From the NCBI GenBank assembly GCA_038496445.1, contig JALMLS010000460.1, positions 13,239 through 77,238 on the forward strand: DNA of 64,000 bases. The letters are read 5' to 3'. Each line of letters opens with the position of its first letter. Position 1 is the first letter of the stretch. This document shows, one piece after another, positions 37,908 to 50,208 of this stretch. Under the pieces are notes generated by a model. That model made no database searches and was not told the origin of the DNA. It saw only the letters and a list, made by a program, of their open reading frames with translations. The stretch comes from Trichosphaerium sp. ATCC 40318 (lineage: Eukaryota > Protista > Tubulinea). Made by a program: the position numbers and the translations under genes.

Positions 37908-39662
37908 TTAGTGGGTGTCTTGGTATCTAATAAACAGGAGACGTTCAAGTAGTGTGAATCCAAGCTGTTTCATAATCTCACCTGTGATATCTTTCAAGTC
38001 AGCACACATACGATCTAACAATAATCCAAACTTCTGTGATCTCGATTCAGTAAACCCAGCTGACATTAATACTGTGATCCAAGATGATGGTTTGTTTGTC
38101 ACAGATTCTGATGGAAGTGCAATCGAAGGCTACAACAAGTTAGTGAATAATAGGATTCCAACAAGTTGTAGTTGTTACATTGTCAAGGTTGATCGTTTCA
38201 AACTTATCCATCCATGATTGTGTTGATACAAGCTCATCAGCATTGATTAAAGGTGGTTGTTGATTTGATTCATGCTTGATTGAATCAACTGGGCTGTCCT
38301 AAAAAGTCAAAAGAGTTACTGATCAATGGAAGTTACATGGTGAAGACTTACATTGTTGTCAATGATTTGTTTGAGGTCTTGTCTTTGTTTGAACTGAATG
38401 AGATGACGTGCATTTTCAAGAATGTCAAGATCTTGTTTTGATTCTCCAAATTTCTGAGGTACATCTCGAATGACTTTTTTTGACATGAACATCTCATCAT
38501 CAGATAGATGTACTTTGATTGATGATTTGTTGATGGGTTTTTTATCCAATTCTTGATGATTTATCTAAATATCATTGAGTGTAACATACTGAAAAACGTG
38601 ACATTACCTTTTTGTGATTGAACATCAAGTTCTGTGGTTCTGATTCGCCGTTATAATTAATGCCACCTGTAACCAAACCAAAACCTTGAGATATTGCCAA
38701 TGAATGAAATGATTTGTGGGCAAACTCACGATATTTTCCAGGTAATTTTAATGGTGTCTTTGATTTGAACCACTCCATCCATTTCCCTTTACCCCAAGCA
38801 AACAAACAACCTTCATCATCAATTGCAAATGATGAATTGTGACCAGCATGGATAGATTTGATATTGTTGAATCCTTTAATTATACCTCGAGCATACTCTT
38901 TTTTTACCAAGATTCCAAGCCGCCCTAACCCAAGACACCCATCTTTGTTACATCCAAAAGAAAATACTTGTCCTGACTTGAGGAGAACAAGCACGTGATA
39001 ACGACCAATGGCAATATCAGTGGCATTTTCAATAATTGGAACACATGAAATCTATTTCGTTTCAAGAATAATGATTTGTCTATGTCCCCGATAGAGTTTG
39101 TTCCCCAAAGAAATACATGACCTTTTGATGTAATTGCTCCACTTACACACTCACTAGTTTCAATTTTTGTGACTTTTTCAAGATGAGGAATTACTATTGG
39201 AAATGAAACTACTTCACAAAACGAATGACCCAATTCACTGTGGTAGTTGCTTCCCCAAGAGTAGACATTACCCGATTGTGATAACGCCATACTTGCATTA
39301 AAGGCAGCGACATGAGTGATATTTGTGAGATTTGGAACACGTGTTGGTGACGAAACAGGTGACTCAAAGTGACCCAGACCGACTTGACCATCTGAATTAC
39401 AGCCCCATGCATACACAATACCGCTTGAATCAGCTGCAAGGCTATGGTAGGATCCAGCAGCAATACAGACAATATTTATGAGTGACTGTATTGGTCTTGC
39501 GATAGAACTCTTTTTGTCGGCTGTATTACCCAATTGGCGGTCATTGTTTAGTCCCCACGTGTAAACAAAGCCATCGTATGCGATTGCCATTGAATGGTGG
39601 AAACCAGTGGCCAACCGGTTAACATATTGTAAATTAACCTCGTTTGATTGCGGCTCAGCCAT
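37908..39662 (-). CDS. RCC1-repeat protein with SAM-like tail (copy 2, inverted; 1-nt frameshift at ~39050)
   Basis: Highly similar reverse complement of 30548-32405; AGATTT vs AGAATTT single-base loss. Confidence 0.85.
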
Positions 39663-40303
39663 AAATGTGCTTTATGGTGTAAATGTTTAATTATTTTGAC
39701 AAGCGGGAACTTTTCTCCCACTACATCACCATGCTCCGTGCAGGAGGTCAATACGTTTCGTTCAAGTTTTCAGACTGACTTTTAGCAAACAAAACCAGTT
39801 TCTGCCTTATCTATCAGATCTGACGGATTTGGCTTCTGACAGAACTTGCAAATCTCACTTTTTTAAAATGTAATGCGCTTACATATTCAAGCGGAAATTT
39901 TATTGCGAATCCAACCGTATCTCTAGTTCCAATAAAACTGTCTCTTATGTAAGAGCTGGGGAAAGATACAGTCCTATAACCTTTTAATTCGCTTTTAGAG
40001 CAATAAAGACTGATGTGGTCTTAACCTGCATGTGCAGTGTCTACGTAGAATACTGCAATCGTCTTGCCAATGTCAGACATTAAAAATGTGTTTACACTTA
40101 AGGGACGTAAGTCGTATTATGATAGACAGCATTGTGATTAATGGCACGCCAATAGTTCACATTGTGATAGATCTACACCATTTGACACAAGTGTCAATTC
40201 TTGCTAGATCTGCTAAAAGTGCTAGAACCTCAGACAATATTAGTAAAACTTTACCAACACAGACAATATGAGCACTTTACAAAACAAAAAATGAACTAAT
40301 TAT

Positions 40304-41574
40304 TAGTGGTGTTAAAGAGTCGACTTTTGACTGACTCGACTCAGTCGCCAATGCATAGTACTATTATCAATATTGTTGAGTAACGACTAACACCCATTTT
40401 TACCCCTGACAGACATGGAGTAATAACGTGTACTGACTCATGACTCGACACCGTTTTTACCCCGGCACAAGCCCTAGTCATAGTGAATACTGACTCGTGA
40501 CACAAGTGTAAAATGTACACTAGTCAACTGTTAATAAAAACACCTCCTTTGTGACTTGATCCCGCTCTTTAACCTCAGTCAGTTACAACTCGAATGGTTG
40601 AGTCCGACTTGGCACCACTTTTACACCCGGCAGACATGGAGTCATAATGTTAAATGAACAAAAAAAAACCACTCACGACTCGAGCACCTTTTTAGCCCCG
40701 ACAGAACCCTCAAGTCATATTATCACCATCCCTGTATGACAAAACTTGAGTCACATGCCCGAGTTGTCATTAATAAAAGCATGTGTTTTTTTTACAACAA
40801 CCGCGCTAAAAACACGTAGTAAGTAAACAGAACAAAGAATTGTAAATCATGTGTTTTGTGGTGAATATCAATTTTTTTTTTTTGAATGTGTCGAGTCAAC
40901 AGCGTGATCCGAGCGTCAAGTCACTATTGAGCGTGTGTAGGACTCAGGAGCAATTTTAACCCCGACTGGAGGTCACTCGCACAGAACGTCGACTCAGCAA
41001 CTCTCGAGGTTATAAGAAGGCGCAGAATGGCCACTGTAAGGCCCACCTGCCCATTTTTTTGCGAGTCACAAGCGAAAGTACCTTTTTGCTCAAGTTTTTC
41101 GAAGGTGTGTCAGTGAGGACTCGAACCATTTTTCAACCCTGACGGGGTTAAAACTCGTGTCCAGTGCGACTCAGTGCACCATTTGTACTCATACAGCGTT
41201 AGGTTCACTGTGGGTGAGTCAACTCTAGTTCAGTCACATGCCCGAGTCGGGGCTAAAATCAACGTTAAGTCATGAGTCGCCTCTACACCGACTGACTGAC
41301 GACTCGACTTGGCGACTTGTTCACTGAATGATAGTCATTGGTCGACTGAGGGCCGACTTTGCTTTAAAATATTTAATGTATTTATATATATGTTGTTACC
41401 GTGAGAAATCTTATTGGTGATTGTAACTTAGCAGAGTCAAGTCAACCCTAAAAATTCGACACAATTCAAGTCGTTCAGTCAGCCAACACAAAAATTCGAC
41501 TCAATTTCAAGTCGTTCAGTCAGTCAACCCAAAAAATTTTGAGTCGACTTGACTTCAGTCGTTTAACATCACTA
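40304..41574. mobile_element. hAT-like non-autonomous transposon
   Basis: TIR TAGTGGTGTTAAA / TTTAACATCACTA; perfect 8-bp TSD CTAATTAT (40296-40303 and 41575-41582); GACTC/GAGTC and TTTTACCCC motif arrays. Confidence 0.9.
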
Positions 41575-41801
41575 CTAATTATGCATTCGCTAGGCATGTG
41601 CTACATAGTTCCTGCACATTGTAGCTGTACTTTATGTAAAGGCTTGAGTGTGCGAAAAGCACCTCAACTTCAAAATAAAGGGCGTGTCTGGGTTAGTGTA
41701 TCTTAATTAATGAACAGTTGGAAGGCAACATCATATTTCAAAATCCATGTAATATTGGTAGTTCATACTACAGCATTTGTGTGATATTAGGGCCCTTTGT
41801 G

Positions 41802-44005
41802 TCAAAGCAAGTTGTTCCTCTTTGCTTTGATGACTTTGATACGTTCACTGATAGTGAATCCAAGTTCTTCTAAAGTATGTCCAGTAACATCAGTCACTCT
41901 AACTACCACATCGTTCATCAATGATCCAAGTTCTTGCGCTCTTCTATTTTCAATGCCTACCTTGACAAGTCTTTCTTTCCAATCAAGTTCTTTGTTGGGC
42001 TGTTGGTGTGAAGTCATTGAAGGAGTGAATGTTGGCTAACAGAAGTTAACTTTATTGATAATGAGGTGGTGTAGCTACACCTCAGGATCGCCAATGAAAC
42101 TATCCTTTTCCATCCATGAATCTGCAGACCCTACAACATTGGATACTACAACGCCCATCATGGAAGACAAAGAAGCAACATCTTTGTATTCTTCAAACAT
42201 GACAGGAGTACATTGCTTGCTAGGATTGTCAAACTATGGGGTATCGTGTTAGAAATTACCTTTGTGAAATACTGTTATTTACTTGCAACAAGTCAAATCA
42301 TTTGAGTAAAGATGTACCTTGTTCAAATATTGTTGAGCTTGTAGTGGCATATCACTTGATAAGTTTTGTGTATTATTAGGAAGGTAATTACCATTTTTTG
42401 GATCAAACTATACAAATTAAAAAAAATTAGTGACACAGTAAGTCAGCTTGAAGTTGAACCAACATGTTGTTTAAAAGTACTCTACCTCATCAACATATTC
42501 CTCTTTGTTTTGTTGTATATCGGAGGATTTTAATGCATCTTTGATCATGTACATATGGTCTGGTGAGTCTCCAATCTTGGTGTACTTGTGATTGGGGTCA
42601 ATCAAAGCCTTTGACAGCTTGTGTTCTGTTTTCAAATTTTCACAAATCTCTTTAAATGGTTTCAAGTTGTTGTTCTTTTCGTCATTCTCTGTATTGATTA
42701 CTGGTACCCTGGTGGTATTTTGTTTCATTAGAATTGACCGCTCAAGGAGACCACAAGGATGAGTTTGATCAACCTTAGAAGGGAATTTCACACGTGGAAC
42801 TGATTTGTCACCTATGTTTTTTGCTAGAACTTCTGGCGGTTTCAGAACTTTGTTTTCTACTAATTCATCTTTTTCTCTTTTTTTGACTATTTCTTCAACC
42901 AAATACAAGACAGATTCATCGATGTTGATATTTTCTTTTGCTGACACTTCAAACCACGTTAGGAATCCATGTTTTTCGCAGAATTGTTTCATCTCATCAT
43001 CACTTTTGGTAAAATCGCTTGACGCTCTCTTGTCAATCTAAGCTTGTCAGCCAGCTCCATTTCTAGAATTTTATACGATCTACTTAAAATAATTGACATA
43101 CTTTGTTTAGTAGAAGTATAGTAGGAACAGGATCTTTAGTGTGTTGTAAGAAAGTGACATGAATATCTTTTAAATATTGATGCCATTGTAGGCATGCTTT
43201 TAAAGTTGAGTCGTTTGTAATATCACATACAACCATGACACCCGAAGCATTCCTAAAGTATGACCACTATTTAGCATTAGTGGACATCTTAAACATGAGA
43301 TAAAACAGTAGAGCAACAACTGTACTACAGAAAATGTGAGTAAAATGTACATCATGTAATTCTCCCTTATAACCTACATAGAATAACTACTTAACTGTTC
43401 CAAAGACATACCTGGAATATCCTACAAATGCAAGTTAAAAAAAGCTTGTAGTTAGATCTTTACCCATATTTTGAGCCTCACGGTGGCGTCATCAATTTTT
43501 ACCTCTGTTGAAGCCACCTCTTTATTATACTACACAGAACTAAGACAAAGGAAAGCAACATTTAATATCAAGTAAGGAACTAGCCAAGGAACTGCTTCTC
43601 ATTACATTGCCAGTAAAATTCAAAGTGGAAAATATGAATGATCTTACGCACAGTGAAATGAATCTTGTCGTCCAAATGGTCACGTGTGAAGCGATTTACT
43701 ATTGAAGATTTACCCGCACCTGTAGCCCCTACATTTGCATTAGGTATTTCACTGTTTATCTTGTCGAATTTCTATACAATGAAACAACAATTTAAGTAAT
43801 AATAAGAGCGAACCTACAAATACCACTTTCACTTCATGTGGTTTGTTTTCTGATGTTTTAGACTACCCAGCGTTAGTAGGCATTGAATACTTGTTTCCTC
43901 TCATAAGCCGTTGGGTTTACAGACAATAAAAAGTAATGCGATAGTAATTTACCAGTTACTAATTGGTTTACGTACAACACGTGCTTTTACAGCTTGTTTG
44001 GACAT
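41802..44005 (-). CDS. Rab32/38-like GTPase with SAM-like tail (copy 5)
   Basis: GATGAGKS; KIW|DIPG|; FCEKHGFLTWFEVSAKENINID; LSKALIDPNHKYTKIGD; last exon nearly identical to copy 4. Confidence 0.8.
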
Positions 44006-44218
44006 CAACTTTTTCGTAACTGCTTCATTCTCTCAAATTGTTGTATCTGTGGTGTATTCTTTGGACCAATGGCAGTAATGAAAAACACAAAGTATTCAAC
44101 ATAAGTCATGATAAAAAAATGTCTTAATGGACACGTAACGAAAGATCTTTTACAATTTTTTTTTATTTTTGTAAAGGTTTTTTTTGGTTCATATAATTTA
44201 CTTCCCTGTTCTTCTCTT

Positions 44219-45601
44219 TCACTTCTTCAACTTCATATGCTTACTAACAAGCTTATCAAGTCTCTCAAAAGTTACTTCTCCGCTCATATGGAAAAGATCT
44301 TTGTTTAACTTTTCAGAAATAGTAGCTACCTTCTTATCTTCGTCCCACAATCCTTCTTCTTTGAGATGGTCTTGAATTTTGCTGTGAACTTCTTCACGCG
44401 TAGCGCGATCTTTGTTGATAAATTTCTTTAAGCGCTTTGAAAGCAAGTACAAAGGCTCTCCGTTCTCGTCTTCTGGATCGCGTTTTACTTTAATTCTCGG
44501 TTTAGGTGGAGATTGGTCTAAGTCCATTGCATCCTCATCATCATCATCGTAGTACTTTACTGGATCAGGTTCTACGGCCTTACGAAGTTTTCTCTTCTTT
44601 TTTGGTGGAGCGGCTGCTTTTGTTTTTCTAGGAGCTTTAGCCTTTGGTTGCTTTACTTCTACTTCTACAGTAATGGTTTCCTCAAGTTTAACCATATGTG
44701 GTGAGATACCTGGAATTATGAACGTCAGTTGAAGAAAGGAACTACCAACAAGAGAAGAGAGGCACAAAAGGAGTATAATTAAACGGAAATAATGAGCGCG
44801 TAGAGGAAGATTGTTTTGAAGAAGAAAAAAGACTGCTCTCTGTTTACTACTACTAACCTCCCATGATATCTGCGTTAGATATAACATCCTTTTCAAAGAG
44901 TGCTTTCAACTTTTCATCGCAATGAATTGCTGTTCCTTCACGTTTAATTTCATTCTCTTCATCCCTTCACCAAGCGTGTAAGCAAACAACAACACAGAGT
45001 ACTAACAAGTTCGTTTTAAAGTCTCACCTGATATAGGCCCAAATGAGTTTAAGCACCCAAGGACGTGGTGACTTATCTTTACCGCAAACTGCAGCCAAAG
45101 GTTCGTCAAGTTGATATAACGTCATTGTTTTTTGTTTAGTGGTTGTTACGCTTGACACGCTGCTCTTTCGTTTCCTCTTTTTAGCAGTAGTCTTAGGCTT
45201 TACTTCTTCTAAAACAACAAGGGAGTTAGAAAGAGATAAAGGTTATGGCGGTATAAAACATAAAAGCTCTAATTTAAAGCTTTTCAGGCACTCCGCGCGT
45301 GCAGGAATGGTATTTAGCGTATAAACTCTGTTATTAACATATTGTGGTAGAGATACGTTATATTTACAAAAATATAATAAAACGCACCTTCTTCTGAAGA
45401 TTCTTCGCCATCTCCACTAAATTTATCTTTTACAATATCAAATATTTGCTGTTTGATGATGTGGACCAAACCAGACAGGTCTTCGTCTACAGCTTCCTCC
45501 AATTGAGCGCGGACATCCTTTACTGTTGTCCCTTCGTAATCATCTATCTTTTTAACAATCTCTCGTAATCGTTTTGAAGCGAGAGAACTCAATCCGGCCA
45601 T
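44219..45601 (-). CDS. DEK-C + two SWIB/MDM2 domain protein (UAF30/TRI1-like)
   Basis: N-terminal TTVKDVRAQLEEAVDEDLS; LDEPLAAVCG...RPWVLKLIWAYIR...IHCDEKLKALF; second SWIB-like block near the C-terminus. Confidence 0.8.
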
Positions 45602-45849
45602 TGTGGTAGTGTTTAGATGCGCTATCGGCGAGAAATTACGTAATTAAAAAATAACAGCAACAAAAAAAAAAGTCAAACAAGTTATTTTCAAAATTATGTA
45701 ACAAGTCAAAGACTTTACTCTTTCTGCCGTCTCACGTGTCTTTAGACAGAAAGAAAAACTAAAGCAAAAAGAAACTTATTTGCCATTTTATTGTATTGAT
45801 ACAGGCGCAAATATGCAGTTATAACAAGCACCGAGAAAATAAACTAAAT

Positions 45850-47742
45850 CTATCCAAGCGCTTTTGTAAAATCTTTTTGAACAAAGTGCATAAACGCCTG
45901 GTTAGTCCACTGGTTCTTTTTAAGTTTGCCTCTTCTAAAGTGAATCAAGTGACGGCCCATGAAAAGCAAAGCATCACCTACACGAAGTTTTAGAACAAAA
46001 ACTTCAAAAACGGAAAAAAAAAAGGTCTTACCAGCAAATAAGTCGGCATCAACAATTTCTTCCTCTGGTGGTTTTGTCTCTGGGTTACGGCCTGGCCAGT
46101 CATCCTTTCTATGGAACTTTGGTTTATGACCGAGAGATAAGAGCCAAGGATCATCCCAAGGTTTGTTCTAAGGTAAGGTCAGCAAGCTGTTAACTGAATA
46201 CAACAAATTGCTTACCTCAATACTCATAGAGAAAGTGAACTCGCATTGGAAGCGATCAGTATGAGGTTGCAAGAAAGATCCCTCAACATATCCGCCAAAG
46301 TAGGTGTAAGTAGCTTTAGCTTCATGTGCAACGACCTAAGACAACTTTAAGCAAAATGAACTTTGTCTTCGGAAAAACAAGCCAACAAGAAGGACCACGT
46401 ACTCTTCTAACTAGATCTGTAAAAGTCCAGTGGAAATGAGCAATACAACGTGAGTTATATGCGACATAACGCTTAGCTTGAGGATCACCAAGTTTAAGAC
46501 GATTTGAGTTTACCAAAGAGTGATAACACTTCTGTAGAGTACGCAATGGGTACGGGTGCACGATCTTACGCAAGATAATGAACTTATTATCAGCAAAAAA
46601 ATCTGGTGTCTACGCGTGTAGTTAGCGAATCGGTTTTTTTAATCCAAAAAAAAATAAATAATAAGCACGTACACGAGGAGGTAGTTGAGCGTAGTTATGG
46701 TACGCTACAGGATAAAATTGTTTAAAGAAAAATAAGTTAAATGTTGCGTCTTTTTCTACTTCATGGTCATATTCACGCTTGAGTAACTGTTAGTACAACG
46801 ATCCCGTAAAAACGTAAAATTACACGTTCTTTTTTTGTGAATTGAGGAAAGTTTGTTTTAAAACAGTTCTAATATCAATATATGATTTTACACGTACCAT
46901 ACGAGGTGAACCACGACGTTTCATAATTAATGCGAAAAATTCTTCCCACAACGATGGTTTTTTCTTCATTGCTTCTTCCCAAGTGACCAACGAACCGGCT
47001 TTGTCGCCCTTTGCCTCTTGGGTGATACCTAGAGCCAACAGTGAGTTAATTTACAATTTACAATCTCGGCTAACCTTTGTACACCAAAATGATTGGATAA
47101 CTATCCACTTTAGACTCAACCTAACCGTATGTCAGCGGATCTTAACGAACATGTTAACAAAGCGTAACGTACTTTCGCGAGTGTAGCGAGGGCGTCATCA
47201 TATCGCTCTAGCTTTGTAGCAACCAGTGCGAGGTTTGTAAATGCATTTACGCAAGTTTTGTCTAGTTTTGTCGCATTGTGGAACTGCCAATACGCGTCCC
47301 AAAGCGCTCCTTGCTTATAATTGCCGAGATCATCGCCGTAATTCTCAAAAAACCTGTTTACCGAGCTTACGCCTTGTTGGTTCCACTCTGAAGCGATCTT
47401 GTTTGAGCAAGCAGTTACAGCCCACTTATTACCGCCATTTCGGTCAGCACAGTTGGGATTGAAACATTTTGGGTTCTTCTGGACCTCGTAACTCTTCGAT
47501 TGTTTGGTGACGTCAAGGGACCATCGTTGGTCATCGGTTGAAACGACAGGGTCTACCTTTGCTTCACTTGTTGCAGGGCGTGAAGTGGCTGGATCAATTA
47601 CTACAGGCGCAGCTGTCGGGCCATCATCACCACCAGGGTGTAGTGTGAAAACAAACACGAAAAAGAGTATTACGCAAACTCCAGCGAAATATGTGAAGTA
47701 GCGTCTGCCTTTACTTTGGCCATTGGAGCCGCGAGAGCGCAT
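45850..47742 (-). CDS. Type II membrane TPR + 2OG-Fe(II) oxygenase
   Basis: N-terminal TM, TPR-like helices, LQPHTDRFQCEF (HxD) and GDALLFMGRHLIHFR (distal His). Confidence 0.75.
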
Positions 47743-47831
47743 TTTGCGATTAGCCTGTTGTCTACGTTGCTTGGTGTTGGCTTAAGTCTGTCTTACCGTT
47801 CCTTAGCTTTTTGCCATAAATTCTACGTGCA

Positions 47832-48309
47832 ATGTCAAACATCGTTGGAGATCTTGTTAAAACCATTACTGGCTTGAAGGTACAGAAAACAACAGCGAAA
47901 ACTAAAAAAAAACTTTTACTGTTCTGCCGTTTCTTATCACCTTTAGACGCCTTGTGAGGGCATGCTCTCATTGATTCTTGGGTATGCCAAATCTTTTTTG
48001 CTTGCGTTTTTTTTTGGCTTTCTGTTTGTATCGCCTCCTGTTGCTTACTGTAACGTAGAATCATCAACATTTTCTTGCCTGGCATCGGTGTTATTGTTGG
48101 GGGTGTTATTGATGGATTAAATATCTCTCACATTATCATTGGACTCATTCAATTGGTGCGTAGCGCCTAATTACTCACTTGTGCCAATTTTGTTTCAAAA
48201 CCCGTTAATTGACGCTTTTCTACAGGTAACATGCTGGCTAGTTATTGGGTGGTTATGGGCTATCATTTGGGGTATTATTATGATTATACGTGGTGCTAGT
48301 GCTGCTTGA
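47832..48309 (+). CDS. Spec3/Stum-like small membrane protein, 4 exons, absent from the ORF track
   Basis: Spliced ...IINIFLPGIGVIVGG...GLIQLVTCWLVIGWLWAIIWGIIMI... Confidence 0.8.
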
Positions 48310-48804
48310 TCGAAAAAAACAGCCGGTACTAGTTGTCCCGTAAGCATAGATGTAGACAGATCACGTTTGAATAAAGAGACTGTTTATTGTTTACCGGGTT
48401 TTTGTGTTGACGCGACACGAAGGAAATGCCATCCTATGCATTGTAGCGTACTGTTCCGGAGTGAGTAAATAGATAAAAACAACTTGGAGCCTTTTCGGAT
48501 CTGTATTTCGTACTTTGCAGTATCGCATTTGTAAACGCTTGCAATGCGGTCTTGTAGTTGTGCCGCGAGTAACTGCTACCTTCCTAAAAAAACATGAGGT
48601 TTTTTGAATGTGATTTTTAATCGAGGTGAACTTGCGCTATTCTGAGTTACTACTATAGCTTGAATTGAGTATAAACATGTGAGAGGTTCGCCATAAAATG
48701 AGATTATTGTAACGAACGGATGAAAATAGCATGTTTCGTCCACGTGTTTATAAAACGTTTTCCAAGTCTGGTTTGTGTTTTTTACATTTTTATTGCTGTT
48801 GTTT

Positions 48805-49800
48805 TCAGAAAAAATACGATTTGGTAGTGTCTAATTCAAGTGGTGGTACTGGCCAAGTTGTTGATGGTTCCCAGTGCTTATGGTGAATGGATTTATGAAG
48901 CTGCACAGTACCAATATCAAGGTCTCTACGAAGAGATATGAAATCATTTCGTTGTTCTTTGTTTTTATCAACATTGATATTTGTAGTCAATGAACTCTTA
49001 TTAGAATCGATTGGTTTTAGTTTTTGTGTTGCACCAGCAGAAAGCATAAATTCTTCATCTGAATCGTCATTCTTTTTCCTTTGCACATGTTGTTTTAAGC
49101 CATTTTCAAGCAAAGCTTCAAAAGATTTAAGTTCTTTTTTTGTAAAAGTACAAACAATCCTAGTTTCTTTCTGTGTCGTTCTACTATGTAAGCAAGTTGA
49201 ATACATCGCATTGTACTTAGCCAATACATTGCTTAGATCCATTTTAGCCTTCTGGTATTCTTTCCGTTTACGCTGTCGATGTTTTAGTTGTAGCTCTGCT
49301 TCTGTTTTGCAATACGCTGCAATTAGTTCGCTCTTTGTTGGTGAAATGTCAGTACAAATGAAGTAGAATTCGTCAGTTAATTACCTGGTGCCTACTATTC
49401 GTCACTGACGCGTTTATTGGTCTTGTTGTTTGTAAATGCCGCCTTTTCGCCGGTCGTTGTGTAGTTGCATCTAGAATACGCTATAAGTACATGGTTGTGT
49501 ATGATATGGCGGTGTTAGTACATAAATCGGTATTTTGAGTATTTGTTGCGTATATGACGTCGTTTATCGTTCTTTTTACGCCTGAAAGCGTAGTTGTTGC
49601 CATTGCAATGCATGAAAGCTTCTTTTAGCTGTACCATAGTTTATGCGAAATCGCAACTTTTAATTGTCCCACTTCCTGATTGTCTAACCTTTTGCAAGCT
49701 ACTGTCAGTACGTACTTTAATATTGATATTGATGTTTGTAGGGCGGATGTATGTTGGGTTAATTACAGCTGGGTCATTGGACACGTTTAACTTTCACTAG
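48805..49800 (-). CDS. Hypothetical multi-exon protein; 5' end uncertain
   Basis: Long open 3' exon with a charged, coiled-coil-like composition. Confidence 0.4.
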
Positions 49801-50208
49801 CCTGTTTATACACTAGTAATACGCGCGTAAAGTGCTATTCTGGCTATTAGAGCAATAGTAGTGGAATTTTAAGCAAAAAGGAGAATAACCGTTTTCTTGT
49901 TGAAGTAGAATTTTTTTTCGTAATTATTTTCTAGCCAAAGTACAAAGGTAAATATGTGTTAGGCATTGCATTTCAAATAAAACTACAAGTGTCCTTCCTC
50001 CATTGATGAAGTTGCAACATGTGTACACATACAACTGCCCATTTCTGTTTCACCCTTTCTACTCTCCATCTAGTTTACCATTGATGTAATTGCAATGTAT
50101 AAAAGATCTAGGCTTCCACTTTGGAGCGTGACATCAGAATATATAATTTGATGATCTTAGTATCCGCCATTATTAAGTGATTGATAGGCTTTGAATTTTT
50201 GCATTACA

